Notes under the pieces: generated by a model | The model's database searches: none | What the model was told of the DNA's origin: nothing | What the model saw: the letters and a program-made list of their open reading frames with translations, nothing else | Shown: positions 7,604 to 15,762 of the stretch, piece by piece | How the letters are laid out: each line of letters opens with the position of its first letter | Numbering within the stretch: position 1 is the stretch's first letter | IMG/VR virus record: IMGVR_UViG_3300032243_001247 | Coordinates: 1 to 29,331 of that record | Direction: 5' to 3' (one strand) | Origin: a virus | Taxonomy: Duplodnaviria; Caudoviricetes | Length of the DNA: 29,331 nt | Position numbers and translations under genes: made by a program

Positions 7604-7610
7604 ATAAATA
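7604..7610 (+). promoter_or_regulatory. Late promoter candidate ATAAATA
   Basis: 18 nt upstream of ATG 7629, followed by an AAGGA RBS. Heads the baseplate operon. Confidence 0.6.
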
Positions 7611-7628
7611 TTGTAACAAGGATTTGCA

Positions 7629-8654
7629 ATGGGATTATTTGACAGCTCGCTCAGCAGTATTACACAAGGTGCAGTAGGTGCGGCCGGCGCAGGTCTGGGC
7701 TTTGATCCTACCAATGCTCGCTTGGCGGTGGCAGGATTGATTCCGGGTGGCAGTATTGGTCTCAAAATTGGCGGAGCCAAAGTCAACTTGAATCTGGGCG
7801 GTGGTGCACCAGACTGGCGCTTGCGTGTTAGTCTAGCAGACAGTGCCAACTATTTCTATCATGCACAGAGTCCTACTGATCGCGGCATAATGAGCCCTTT
7901 GTTTGGATCCCAAACACAGAATGGTGTGATATTCCCTTACACCCCACAAGTACAAGTAACACACACAGCCAGTTACAGCCAGCAGAAATTCACGCACAGC
8001 AACTACCCTGGTTACTATTATGAAAATTCAGAAGTTGCTGCCATAACCATCAACGGTGACTTTACAGTACAAAACAACATCGAAGGGCAGTATCTGCTGG
8101 CAGCCATCACATTCTTTCGTGCCGCTACCAAAATGTGGTTTGGACAAAGCAAGGGCAATTTGGGTTTCCCACCACCCATGGTTTTCTTAAACGGCTATGG
8201 TGCCAACTACTTGCCCAATGTGCCCTGTGTGATTACCAGCTTTAGTCATACCATGCCCAGCGACTGTGACTACATTGAAGTGCCCATGGTCATGCCCGGT
8301 AGTGTGGGTGCTGGCGGTGTTGGCGGAGCAATTGCTCAAGGTGTTGGCGGCATAATGAACGGTGGCAACGCTGGCGATGCCATTGGCGGAGCACTGTCAG
8401 GTGGACTCAACAGTGTGCTGGGCTCTACCATGGGTCCTAGTGGTGCTGGCATCAACGGCCTAATAGGATCATTGTCTGGCGGCAAGTTTGGCGCCGGAGC
8501 CGGAGGAACACAATCTACTAGACTGCCAACTTCCAGCCAACTGTCGGTCAGCTTGCAACCCATATACAGTCGTACAGCAGTCAGCAATTTCAATCTTGAT
8601 GATTTTGCCGCAGGCCGTATGGTCGGTAAAGGCAACAAAGGAGGGTTCATATAA
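7629..8654 (+). CDS. Baseplate/tail-tube initiator-like protein (gp48/gp54-type)
   Basis: 341 aa with GVIFPYTP, G(F)PPPMVFLNGYG and VPCVITSFSHTMP, typical of tube-initiator/CIS tube-fold proteins upstream of gp53. Gly-rich N-terminus and insert. Confidence 0.6.
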   Translation: MGLFDSSLSSITQGAVGAAGAGLGFDPTNARLAVAGLIPGGSIGLKIGGAKVNLNLGGGAPDWRLRVSLADSANYFYHAQSPTDRGIMSPLFGSQTQNGVIFPYTPQVQVTHTASYSQQKFTHSNYPGYYYENSEVAAITINGDFTVQNNIEGQYLLAAITFFRAATKMWFGQSKGNLGFPPPMVFLNGYGANYLPNVPCVITSFSHTMPSDCDYIEVPMVMPGSVGAGGVGGAIAQGVGGIMNGGNAGDAIGGALSGGLNSVLGSTMGPSGAGINGLIGSLSGGKFGAGAGGTQSTRLPTSSQLSVSLQPIYSRTAVSNFNLDDFAAGRMVGKGNKGGFI

Positions 8655-8956
8655 TGCCCGCCAACTACAGCAAAGCCAGTCCTTACTACAGCAGTGATCG
8701 GTTTGGACAATTTTTAGATGTCATGATAGATAGGCCCATCACCAGCCGTGCCACAGATGTGCTGTACCGAATAGACAAAGTATACGAGCATCGACCAGAC
8801 CTGTTGGCATTTGACTTGTATGGAAATTCATCCTTGTGGTGGGTGTTTGCACAGCGCAACCCAGATACCATACAAGACCCCATCTACGATTTCAAAGCAG
8901 ATAAAAAAATTTATATTCCACCCAAGGACCAGCTGATGCTAGATTTGGGATTATAA
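8654..8956 (+). CDS. gp53: Baseplate wedge protein, gp53-like (LysM-like)
   Basis: 100 aa, YEHRPDLLAFDLYGNSSLWWVFAQRN...IYIP. TAATG coupling with the upstream gene. Confidence 0.8.
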   Translation: MPANYSKASPYYSSDRFGQFLDVMIDRPITSRATDVLYRIDKVYEHRPDLLAFDLYGNSSLWWVFAQRNPDTIQDPIYDFKADKKIYIPPKDQLMLDLGL

Positions 8957-8959
8957 CCA

Positions 8960-11900
8960 ATGACTATCTACATCAACTATCCCACTCAAGAAGAAAAAGA
9001 CGCTTCCTTAGCCGAACAGCGTGAGCAAATAGCCACACTACAAGAACAACTCAGTGTGGCCGAGGCAGAAAGAAGCTCAACCTGGGCCGATAGAAAAGTT
9101 GCAAGGCAAGAACTGATATCGGCCAAAGCTGGGTTGGTCACAGCCAAACAATCAGAAATACAGTCATCTATTGCTGCCGCAGAAGCGGCAGTGGCTGCCG
9201 CACAGGCCAACTTGGATCGAGCTGTTGGTGTATACGAAAATGCCAGAGACCGATCTGATGCATTGCTTGACAAAGTTACTCGCGCCGAAAACAATCTAAC
9301 CAGCAATGCTAGTGCACCTATTTTTGAACAAAAGTCTCCTGCGGCGCAGGCACAAGCGGCGCAAACAGCCGAAGTTGCCACCGGGGACACCAAGGGTGAA
9401 GATCTTGACAGCAACGAAAAAACAAATTTAACCAACAAAGAAGAAGCAGGTGACAGCCCTGCAGAACAAAAATCCAGTACAAGTGCCGAAGAAGCAGATG
9501 ACAATGCACGAGAGCAACAACGACTATTGGCCAAATATCAAAGTAAAACCAATGCCATAGATCATACTCCGGGTGCCACAGATACACAACAAAAAGCTAC
9601 TGCCACAGACAAAAAAGGATCAGTACCTACCTATATTCCTAGGACCAATCCGTTGCATGACTATGCCAGTTATACCTACAGCATTGCTTTGTACATTTTG
9701 ACCAGGGATGACATCAACCTGTTAACCACCAATCCTGAAGAGTGGAGCCCTGGCACTGGAAAAATAAAAACTTGTTTGATTGCCAGTGGCGGCAAAAACA
9801 CCGGCCCCTATGTACGCAACGACAACTTCACTGATGACTTCTATTTTGATAACTTAAAAATGACCACAGTGATTGGCATGAATAATAGAAGTAAATCCAG
9901 CAATGCTATAGAAATATCATTTGGATTGCTTGAACCCTACGGTATGAGTCTGCTAGATCGTATAATAGCTGTTGCATCAGAAATTGAAGCACCCAATTTT
10001 AAAGCCATGCCTTACCTGTTGGAAATTGATTTCTACGGATACGACGACACAGGCAAAGCAGTCAAAATTGAAAAGCAACGCAAACGAATACCAATACAAA
10101 TACTTGAACTAAAAATCAAAGTGGGCACTAAAGGTGCAGAATATGCAGTACGAGCTGTGCCGTGGAATCATCAGGCATTGAGTCAAAGTGCTGGTACCAC
10201 ACCGGTCAATTTGGAAGTCAAAGCTGCCACTGTGGCAGAATTTTTCCGTAACAACAAAGATGATCAAATTGCCATTACATCAACCAACAACGCAAAACAA
10301 ACTGCCAACTCAGCAATACAACGCAAAGAATCTGATCTCAAAGCCAAAGACGCCCAAGATGTAGCGGCTCGTCAGAAAGCGGCCGAAGAAGCCGCAATAG
10401 CAGAAGGTGTTACTCCGCAGGATGCTGCCAGCTATAAAGTATCAGCGGCAGCCCGGACTCCAGAAGATCAAGCAGACCTTAACAAGTACAAAGGTATTGT
10501 TAACCATGCATTTGCTGTGGCCAGTTACTGCGGAGGTGTCAATGCATGGTTTACAGATCTGCTGTTGAGAAAACAGCGTGGCACAATAGATGAAATACGA
10601 GTTGAGTTTGGATCAAGTCCTCCGGACTGTCCCTACGACATAGCCTCTAGTAAAATCACTGTGCCCAACAACAAAGACCTTACACGAAGTGCAACCAAGG
10701 ACGACAAGCCAGTATCTGCAGCCGCCGCAGCCGCAAAAGATGCCAATCGAGTATTCACTGATGCCAGCGCATTTGCAGTCAGTGCAGGTACTTCTATAAC
10801 TCAAGTCATTGACATGGTCATGCGTAACAGTTCATACATCACAGACCAAGTCAAAGATCCACAAAATACTGCTCCGCAGAGCCTGGCTGAAAAAGAAGGC
10901 AAGCCGCTTTGGTGGTACAAAGTCATTCCCAGTATAAAACTGGGGCAATACGACTATGCACTCAACAAGTTCAGTACTATCATCACATACCATGTGGCGC
11001 CTTATCGCATATACGACAGCAAACACCCCAACGGTCCCAGTGTAGCACCGCAAGGCAGTATAAAAGCATACAACTACAGTTATACCGGCAAGAATGTTGA
11101 TATCTTGGATTTCCAAATTGATTTTGATACTTTGTTCTATACCGCAGTTACCGCAGGTTCGGCCAAATGGGAAGCCGGGCAGATTTCACGGGTTGAAACA
11201 CAAAAAGACTCTGCGGCCAAAGTGGCTGCCGAAAGCCAACCGGCTGCGGCCGAATTGGTTAACAGACAGATACGAATGGTATCAACTCAGCCGCAGGCCG
11301 CAGGTGCAGGTGGTACTCAAAACGGAGTCAAACCGGTACTGGCCGCAGACATACAAAAAAGTCAATACAGCAACAGTCGTGGCGACATGTTGAATCTAAA
11401 GTTAAAAATTGTGGGAGATCCCGAACTGATCAAACAGGATGACATTTATACCAATCCTGCACAAGGTGGCTATGCTGATCAATCAAGAACCACCGGTGTG
11501 ATGGAAAACGGCAGCATAGTGATGGATTCTGGCGAAGTGCTGTCGCAGGTATCTTTTAGAACCATTGTGGACATGGACGATAAAACAGGCGTACCCAGAA
11601 AAGATGCCTATGCAGAAAACAGCGTGTTCACTGGCCTGTACAGAATGTTAACTGTGGAAAATGTGTTCCAGAACGGCAAATTTGAACAAACTGTAGACAT
11701 GGTGCGTGTACCTGATGCCATCAACTCCGGCGGCAAAAACGACAAACAAGGACAACAAACTGCCAACAACAAAGCACTGGGCACCGCCGCACCGGACACA
11801 GCACCGGGCACCAGATCCATTGCCAGCCAAGACGGTGCACCGGCAGACGACACAGGACAGTTCCAGGGCATTGATATGACTCAACCGCCGGCTACCACAG

Positions 11901-12121
11901 TTGATCCAATCACCACGGAAGGATACGGGGTGGACGAAGTAGGTGCCACACCAGCCGAAGTAACATTGACTGAACCGCCGCCATTGAGCGACAACGATTT
12001 ACAATTAGCAGCCATAAACCAGTCTGCACCGGAAATAAACATCGATGACTACCGCGGCCAACAATCAGTTGATCCTGAAGCACCTGTGCCACGCAGTTTT
12101 TTCACCAGCACGATATCATAA
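8960..12121 (+). CDS. Baseplate hub protein, gp27-like, with N-terminal coiled coil
   Basis: 1053 aa between the gp53-like and gp5-like genes. Core starts at NPLHDYASYTY and ends with LKIVGDP...FTGLYRMLTVENVFQNGKFEQTVDMVR, typical of hub/gpD-like proteins. Confidence 0.6.
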   Translation: MTIYINYPTQEEKDASLAEQREQIATLQEQLSVAEAERSSTWADRKVARQELISAKAGLVTAKQSEIQSSIAAAEAAVAAAQANLDRAVGVYENARDRSDALLDKVTRAENNLTSNASAPIFEQKSPAAQAQAAQTAEVATGDTKGEDLDSNEKTNLTNKEEAGDSPAEQKSSTSAEEADDNAREQQRLLAKYQSKTNAIDHTPGATDTQQKATATDKKGSVPTYIPRTNPLHDYASYTYSIALYILTRDDINLLTTNPEEWSPGTGKIKTCLIASGGKNTGPYVRNDNFTDDFYFDNLKMTTVIGMNNRSKSSNAIEISFGLLEPYGMSLLDRIIAVASEIEAPNFKAMPYLLEIDFYGYDDTGKAVKIEKQRKRIPIQILELKIKVGTKGAEYAVRAVPWNHQALSQSAGTTPVNLEVKAATVAEFFRNNKDDQIAITSTNNAKQTANSAIQRKESDLKAKDAQDVAARQKAAEEAAIAEGVTPQDAASYKVSAAARTPEDQADLNKYKGIVNHAFAVASYCGGVNAWFTDLLLRKQRGTIDEIRVEFGSSPPDCPYDIASSKITVPNNKDLTRSATKDDKPVSAAAAAAKDANRVFTDASAFAVSAGTSITQVIDMVMRNSSYITDQVKDPQNTAPQSLAEKEGKPLWWYKVIPSIKLGQYDYALNKFSTIITYHVAPYRIYDSKHPNGPSVAPQGSIKAYNYSYTGKNVDILDFQIDFDTLFYTAVTAGSAKWEAGQISRVETQKDSAAKVAAESQPAAAELVNRQIRMVSTQPQAAGAGGTQNGVKPVLAADIQKSQYSNSRGDMLNLKLKIVGDPELIKQDDIYTNPAQGGYADQSRTTGVMENGSIVMDSGEVLSQVSFRTIVDMDDKTGVPRKDAYAENSVFTGLYRMLTVENVFQNGKFEQTVDMVRVPDAINSGGKNDKQGQQTANNKALGTAAPDTAPGTRSIASQDGAPADDTGQFQGIDMTQPPATTVDPITTEGYGVDEVGATPAEVTLTEPPPLSDNDLQLAAINQSAPEINIDDYRGQQSVDPEAPVPRSFFTSTIS

Positions 12122-12130
12122 GGACAACAC

Positions 12131-15100
12131 ATGGATTTAAGATTAGGACGCAAGTTACCAGATTGGGCCAACCAAGACACAGTTGGCGGCATGAAGTTCG
12201 ACAAAGGCATCTACTCTGCTATTGTGAAATTGAATGTGGACCCGTTGCGTCTTGGTAGACTGCGTGTGTGGATTCCAGACTACGGTGGCAACGAAGATGA
12301 TGCAACCAACTGGCGCTGGGTAAGATATGCCAGCCCATTCTATGGCAGCACCATGCAGAGCGAGCACACCAAAACCAACAGTTATGCACAGACAGAAAGT
12401 GTGTATGGCATGTGGATGACCCCACCCGATGTGGGCAATGAAGTACTGTGTTGTTTTGTCAACGGTGATGCTGATCGCGGCTACTGGTTTGCTTGTACCA
12501 CCACGCAGAATTTGAGTCACGGGGCTGTGCCGGCCATTGGTAGATACAGCGAAGCAGTTGATAGAGAAACTGTGGAAAGTGCCTTGGTACGCAGTAGTCT
12601 CAATAGACCAGAGCCAGTGTATTTGCCGCAGTCTGAATTCAACGAAAACGACCCTGCCAACATGACAGCACAGTTTTTGACCAACAAACTGCCAGTGCAT
12701 GAACCACAAGCTGAGATTCTTATCAATCAGGGACTAGACACAGATCGAGTTCGCGGAGCAATCAGCTCCAGCAGTATGCGAGATGCTCCCAGTGCGGTGT
12801 TTGGCATCAGCACACCAGGTCGTGCCACCGACGGCGGAGTACTGCCCAAAACTCGCCAGGGTGGACACACATTTGTGATGGACGACGGTGATGATGCTGG
12901 AACAGATCAATTGATTAGACTGCGTACTGCAGGTGGCCATCAAATCTTGATGAATGACGCCGAACAGGTGCTGTACATTGCCAACAGCGCAGGTTCTTCT
13001 TGGATTGAATTTGGCAATTCGGGTCGTATTGATCTGTACAGCGCACAAGGACTGGCCATTAGAACACAGGGCACATTGGACCTGCACAGCGATTCTAGTG
13101 TGAACATACAAGGTGCCAGTGTAAACATCAAGGCTCTAGGCAGTTTGCAAATGCAAAGCAGTTCTCTAACTGCCAGAGCCAGTACAGGCATGACATTGTA
13201 CAGCGCAACATTGGGTGTGGCAGCATCTGGTGCATTGACAGTCAATGCTGGTGGCGAACTGGGCATAGCATCCACTGGTGCTGAATTGAAATTGGTTGGC
13301 ACAATGATTCGTCTCAATGAAGGCGGTGTGGGCACAGTTAGTGATCCAGGCGAAATCAGATCAAACAGTCTGCCAGACACCAACAAAGACCAAGCCACAC
13401 AGCTATGGAGCACAGTCTTGAGTTCATTGGACTCAATTGTGACGGTGGCACCTGCACATGAGCCATGGCCTAGAAATACTGTTGCAGTACCGTCATCGGG
13501 TGTGTCTTCCACTGCGGTGACTCCGGTGTGTACCGATGTTGCCCCACCGGCAGTACTGCCATCGGGCGGCACAGGTGGCACAGGACCGCTGGGTGACATG
13601 ATCAGCAAATACGAGTCAGGCGCCGCTGGCTACAATGCGTTCAATCGTGGATCAAGCCCACCAAAAGGCACTGGCACAGTGGGCGGAGAAAAAATGAATT
13701 TGGTGGGCATGACCATAGATCAAATTTTGACAGCAATGAGCAGTTCAGATCCATACACTAGATTGTTTGCTGTTGGCCGTTATCAGTGTATTCCTGACAC
13801 ACTAAAAGCCGCATGTAAAAAGTTAAACATACCAACAACTTCTTTGTTTTCTGCCGAAGTGCAAGATAAAATATTCATTGGTGCATTGTGTGATGTCGGG
13901 TCATTGCGAGCATATCTCAAAGGTGGCGATCAAAACGATGATGCCGCTTTGACCAATGCGGCTTCGACCATTGCAGGCATATGGGCATCAGTTGAAGACC
14001 CCAAGTTGGGGCGCGGTCGCTACGATGGTGTCGGTACCAACTCGGCACATTGCAAAACAGCCGAAACAAAAGCCGCACTAAAAGCACAATGGGGATTCTT
14101 GCGCCAAGGCGCGGTGACATCTGGATCAGGTTCAGTTGTTACAGATGGTTCGGGCAATGCAATTAAAACAGGATCCAGTCTGGAAGACATTGGTATAAAA
14201 GGCGCCGCAGGGCAAACTGTGGTCAAACAAGCTCCGGCCGAGTTTATGAAGAAGGCAGATGCTCCCAGCCCTGATCTTGCGCTAGAAGGTCGCGGCACTC
14301 CGGGCGAAGCCAATGCTATACCCGGCTTGACCATACTACAGGTCAAAGCATTGGCAGTACAGATGTCTTTTGCAGAAAGCGACAGCAGTCCACAATTCAA
14401 ATCCAAATTCAGAATTGGTCGTTACGGAGTCAATGCTGTGTTGTTGGCTGAATACGGATTTATCAAACCCGACTACATGCGTAAGTACGGACAGGATGCA
14501 ATTAACCAGCCCAACAGTTGGACCGGCAAGGGCGGAATAACATCTACAGACAATTTCTTAGGAAACCCTGCCGCACAAGACGAATGCATGTTTGGGTTCA
14601 TACGAGATGCCTACAAAAAACTAGTCACCAGCAGTCCGCGCGGCATTGATTTTGGTGACAGTATATGTGTGGCAGCCGGCATGATCAACGTGGCCTATTT
14701 CTTTAGAGAACAAACACAGACATTTGGCAGTGATGTCAATGCCATGGTGTTGGCAGCCGCCCATTGGCGTAAAACTGGTATGGGCAAAGACAATGCCGGG
14801 GCTTCTCCAGTTAACAGTTACAATCAAGGCAGATATGCAATTGATGTGTTGAGTCAGGCTCCCATTGCGGCTTCAACTGCTGGAGTTGGCACAGGGTCTG
14901 GCATAGACTACGGAACAGAATCTGGTGTGGATCCAACCACTGTGCTGATCTTTACTTCAGGATCAGGCGACTTTGCACACTACAAACAGTTACCAGCCGG
15001 CATTAGAACTGCAATGGAACTGATGGCCAAAGAGTACAAGACCTTGACAAAAGGATCAATGATCACAATCAACAGCGCATACAGATCACTTGATGAACAA

Positions 15101-15334
15101 ACAGCAATCTACAATGCATGGCAAGCCGCAGGTGGAAGTCCAACCAACAAGAAAGCTGGCGGGTACTACATGCCCAGCAAGCCCAGCACAAATTCTCCGC
15201 ACTATAGAAAAGTTGCGTTTGACATAGCCAGCGCAGACATTGCACAATTGAGCAAATTGGGACTGTTGGACAAGTACAACTTTGGTTATCCTTTCCCAGT
15301 GAATGATCCAGTACACATTCAATACATAGGGTAA
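12131..15334 (+). CDS. gp5: Baseplate central spike (gp5/VgrG-like) with lysozyme-like and M15 peptidase domains
   Basis: OB-fold DPLRLGRLRVWIP...PPDVGNEVLCCFVNGD...GYW, beta-helix repeats, HEPW. Then ES...YN...AVGRYQ...QD...WAS muramidase, a second ES...IGRY domain, and C-terminal SAYRS..EQ / SPHYRKVAFD / DPVH. AAGGA RBS. Confidence 0.85.
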   Translation: MDLRLGRKLPDWANQDTVGGMKFDKGIYSAIVKLNVDPLRLGRLRVWIPDYGGNEDDATNWRWVRYASPFYGSTMQSEHTKTNSYAQTESVYGMWMTPPDVGNEVLCCFVNGDADRGYWFACTTTQNLSHGAVPAIGRYSEAVDRETVESALVRSSLNRPEPVYLPQSEFNENDPANMTAQFLTNKLPVHEPQAEILINQGLDTDRVRGAISSSSMRDAPSAVFGISTPGRATDGGVLPKTRQGGHTFVMDDGDDAGTDQLIRLRTAGGHQILMNDAEQVLYIANSAGSSWIEFGNSGRIDLYSAQGLAIRTQGTLDLHSDSSVNIQGASVNIKALGSLQMQSSSLTARASTGMTLYSATLGVAASGALTVNAGGELGIASTGAELKLVGTMIRLNEGGVGTVSDPGEIRSNSLPDTNKDQATQLWSTVLSSLDSIVTVAPAHEPWPRNTVAVPSSGVSSTAVTPVCTDVAPPAVLPSGGTGGTGPLGDMISKYESGAAGYNAFNRGSSPPKGTGTVGGEKMNLVGMTIDQILTAMSSSDPYTRLFAVGRYQCIPDTLKAACKKLNIPTTSLFSAEVQDKIFIGALCDVGSLRAYLKGGDQNDDAALTNAASTIAGIWASVEDPKLGRGRYDGVGTNSAHCKTAETKAALKAQWGFLRQGAVTSGSGSVVTDGSGNAIKTGSSLEDIGIKGAAGQTVVKQAPAEFMKKADAPSPDLALEGRGTPGEANAIPGLTILQVKALAVQMSFAESDSSPQFKSKFRIGRYGVNAVLLAEYGFIKPDYMRKYGQDAINQPNSWTGKGGITSTDNFLGNPAAQDECMFGFIRDAYKKLVTSSPRGIDFGDSICVAAGMINVAYFFREQTQTFGSDVNAMVLAAAHWRKTGMGKDNAGASPVNSYNQGRYAIDVLSQAPIAASTAGVGTGSGIDYGTESGVDPTTVLIFTSGSGDFAHYKQLPAGIRTAMELMAKEYKTLTKGSMITINSAYRSLDEQTAIYNAWQAAGGSPTNKKAGGYYMPSKPSTNSPHYRKVAFDIASADIAQLSKLGLLDKYNFGYPFPVNDPVHIQYIG

Positions 15335-15337
15335 ATA
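15332..15337 (+). promoter_or_regulatory. Late promoter candidate TAAATA overlapping the gp5 stop
   Basis: Only 4 nt separate it from ATG 15342. Confidence 0.45.
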
Positions 15338-15341
15338 CAGT

Positions 15342-15716
15342 ATGGCAATATACAAAGGATTCAGCACACAGGGGCAAACTAAGAAATTTAGAGCCACCGA
15401 TGCGGCCCTGATCAAGCAGGATTTGATCAATCATTTCAACATCCGCAAGGGCGAAAAGCTGATGAACCCCAACTTTGGCACCATTATCTGGGGCATGTTG
15501 TTTGAACCCATGACAAACGATCTTAAAAATGCCATCGTCACAGACATCACTGACATTATCAACTACGACCCTAGAGTCAATGTCAACAATGTCACAGTGA
15601 ACGAAATGGAGCACGGGCTACAGATCATACTGGATCTAACCTATATCAACAACAATCAAAGCGATGCTCTGTTGATGAACTTCAACAAGCAAACTCAAAA
15701 AATCACCTACGCTTAA
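15342..15716 (+). CDS. gp25: Baseplate wedge subunit / sheath initiator, gp25-like
   Basis: 124 aa, LIKQDLINHFNIRKGEKLMNPNFGT...LFEP...YDPRV is the GPW/gp25 signature. Confidence 0.92.
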   Translation: MAIYKGFSTQGQTKKFRATDAALIKQDLINHFNIRKGEKLMNPNFGTIIWGMLFEPMTNDLKNAIVTDITDIINYDPRVNVNNVTVNEMEHGLQIILDLTYINNNQSDALLMNFNKQTQKITYA

Positions 15717-15737
15717 TATAAGCCGTTTTTATCTTGA

Positions 15738-15744
15738 ATAAATA
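15738..15744 (+). promoter_or_regulatory. Late promoter candidate ATAAATA
   Basis: 18 nt upstream of ATG 15763, with an AAGGT RBS between. Same spacing as the 7604 site. Confidence 0.6.
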
Positions 15745-15762
15745 CTACAACAAGGTATCGCT

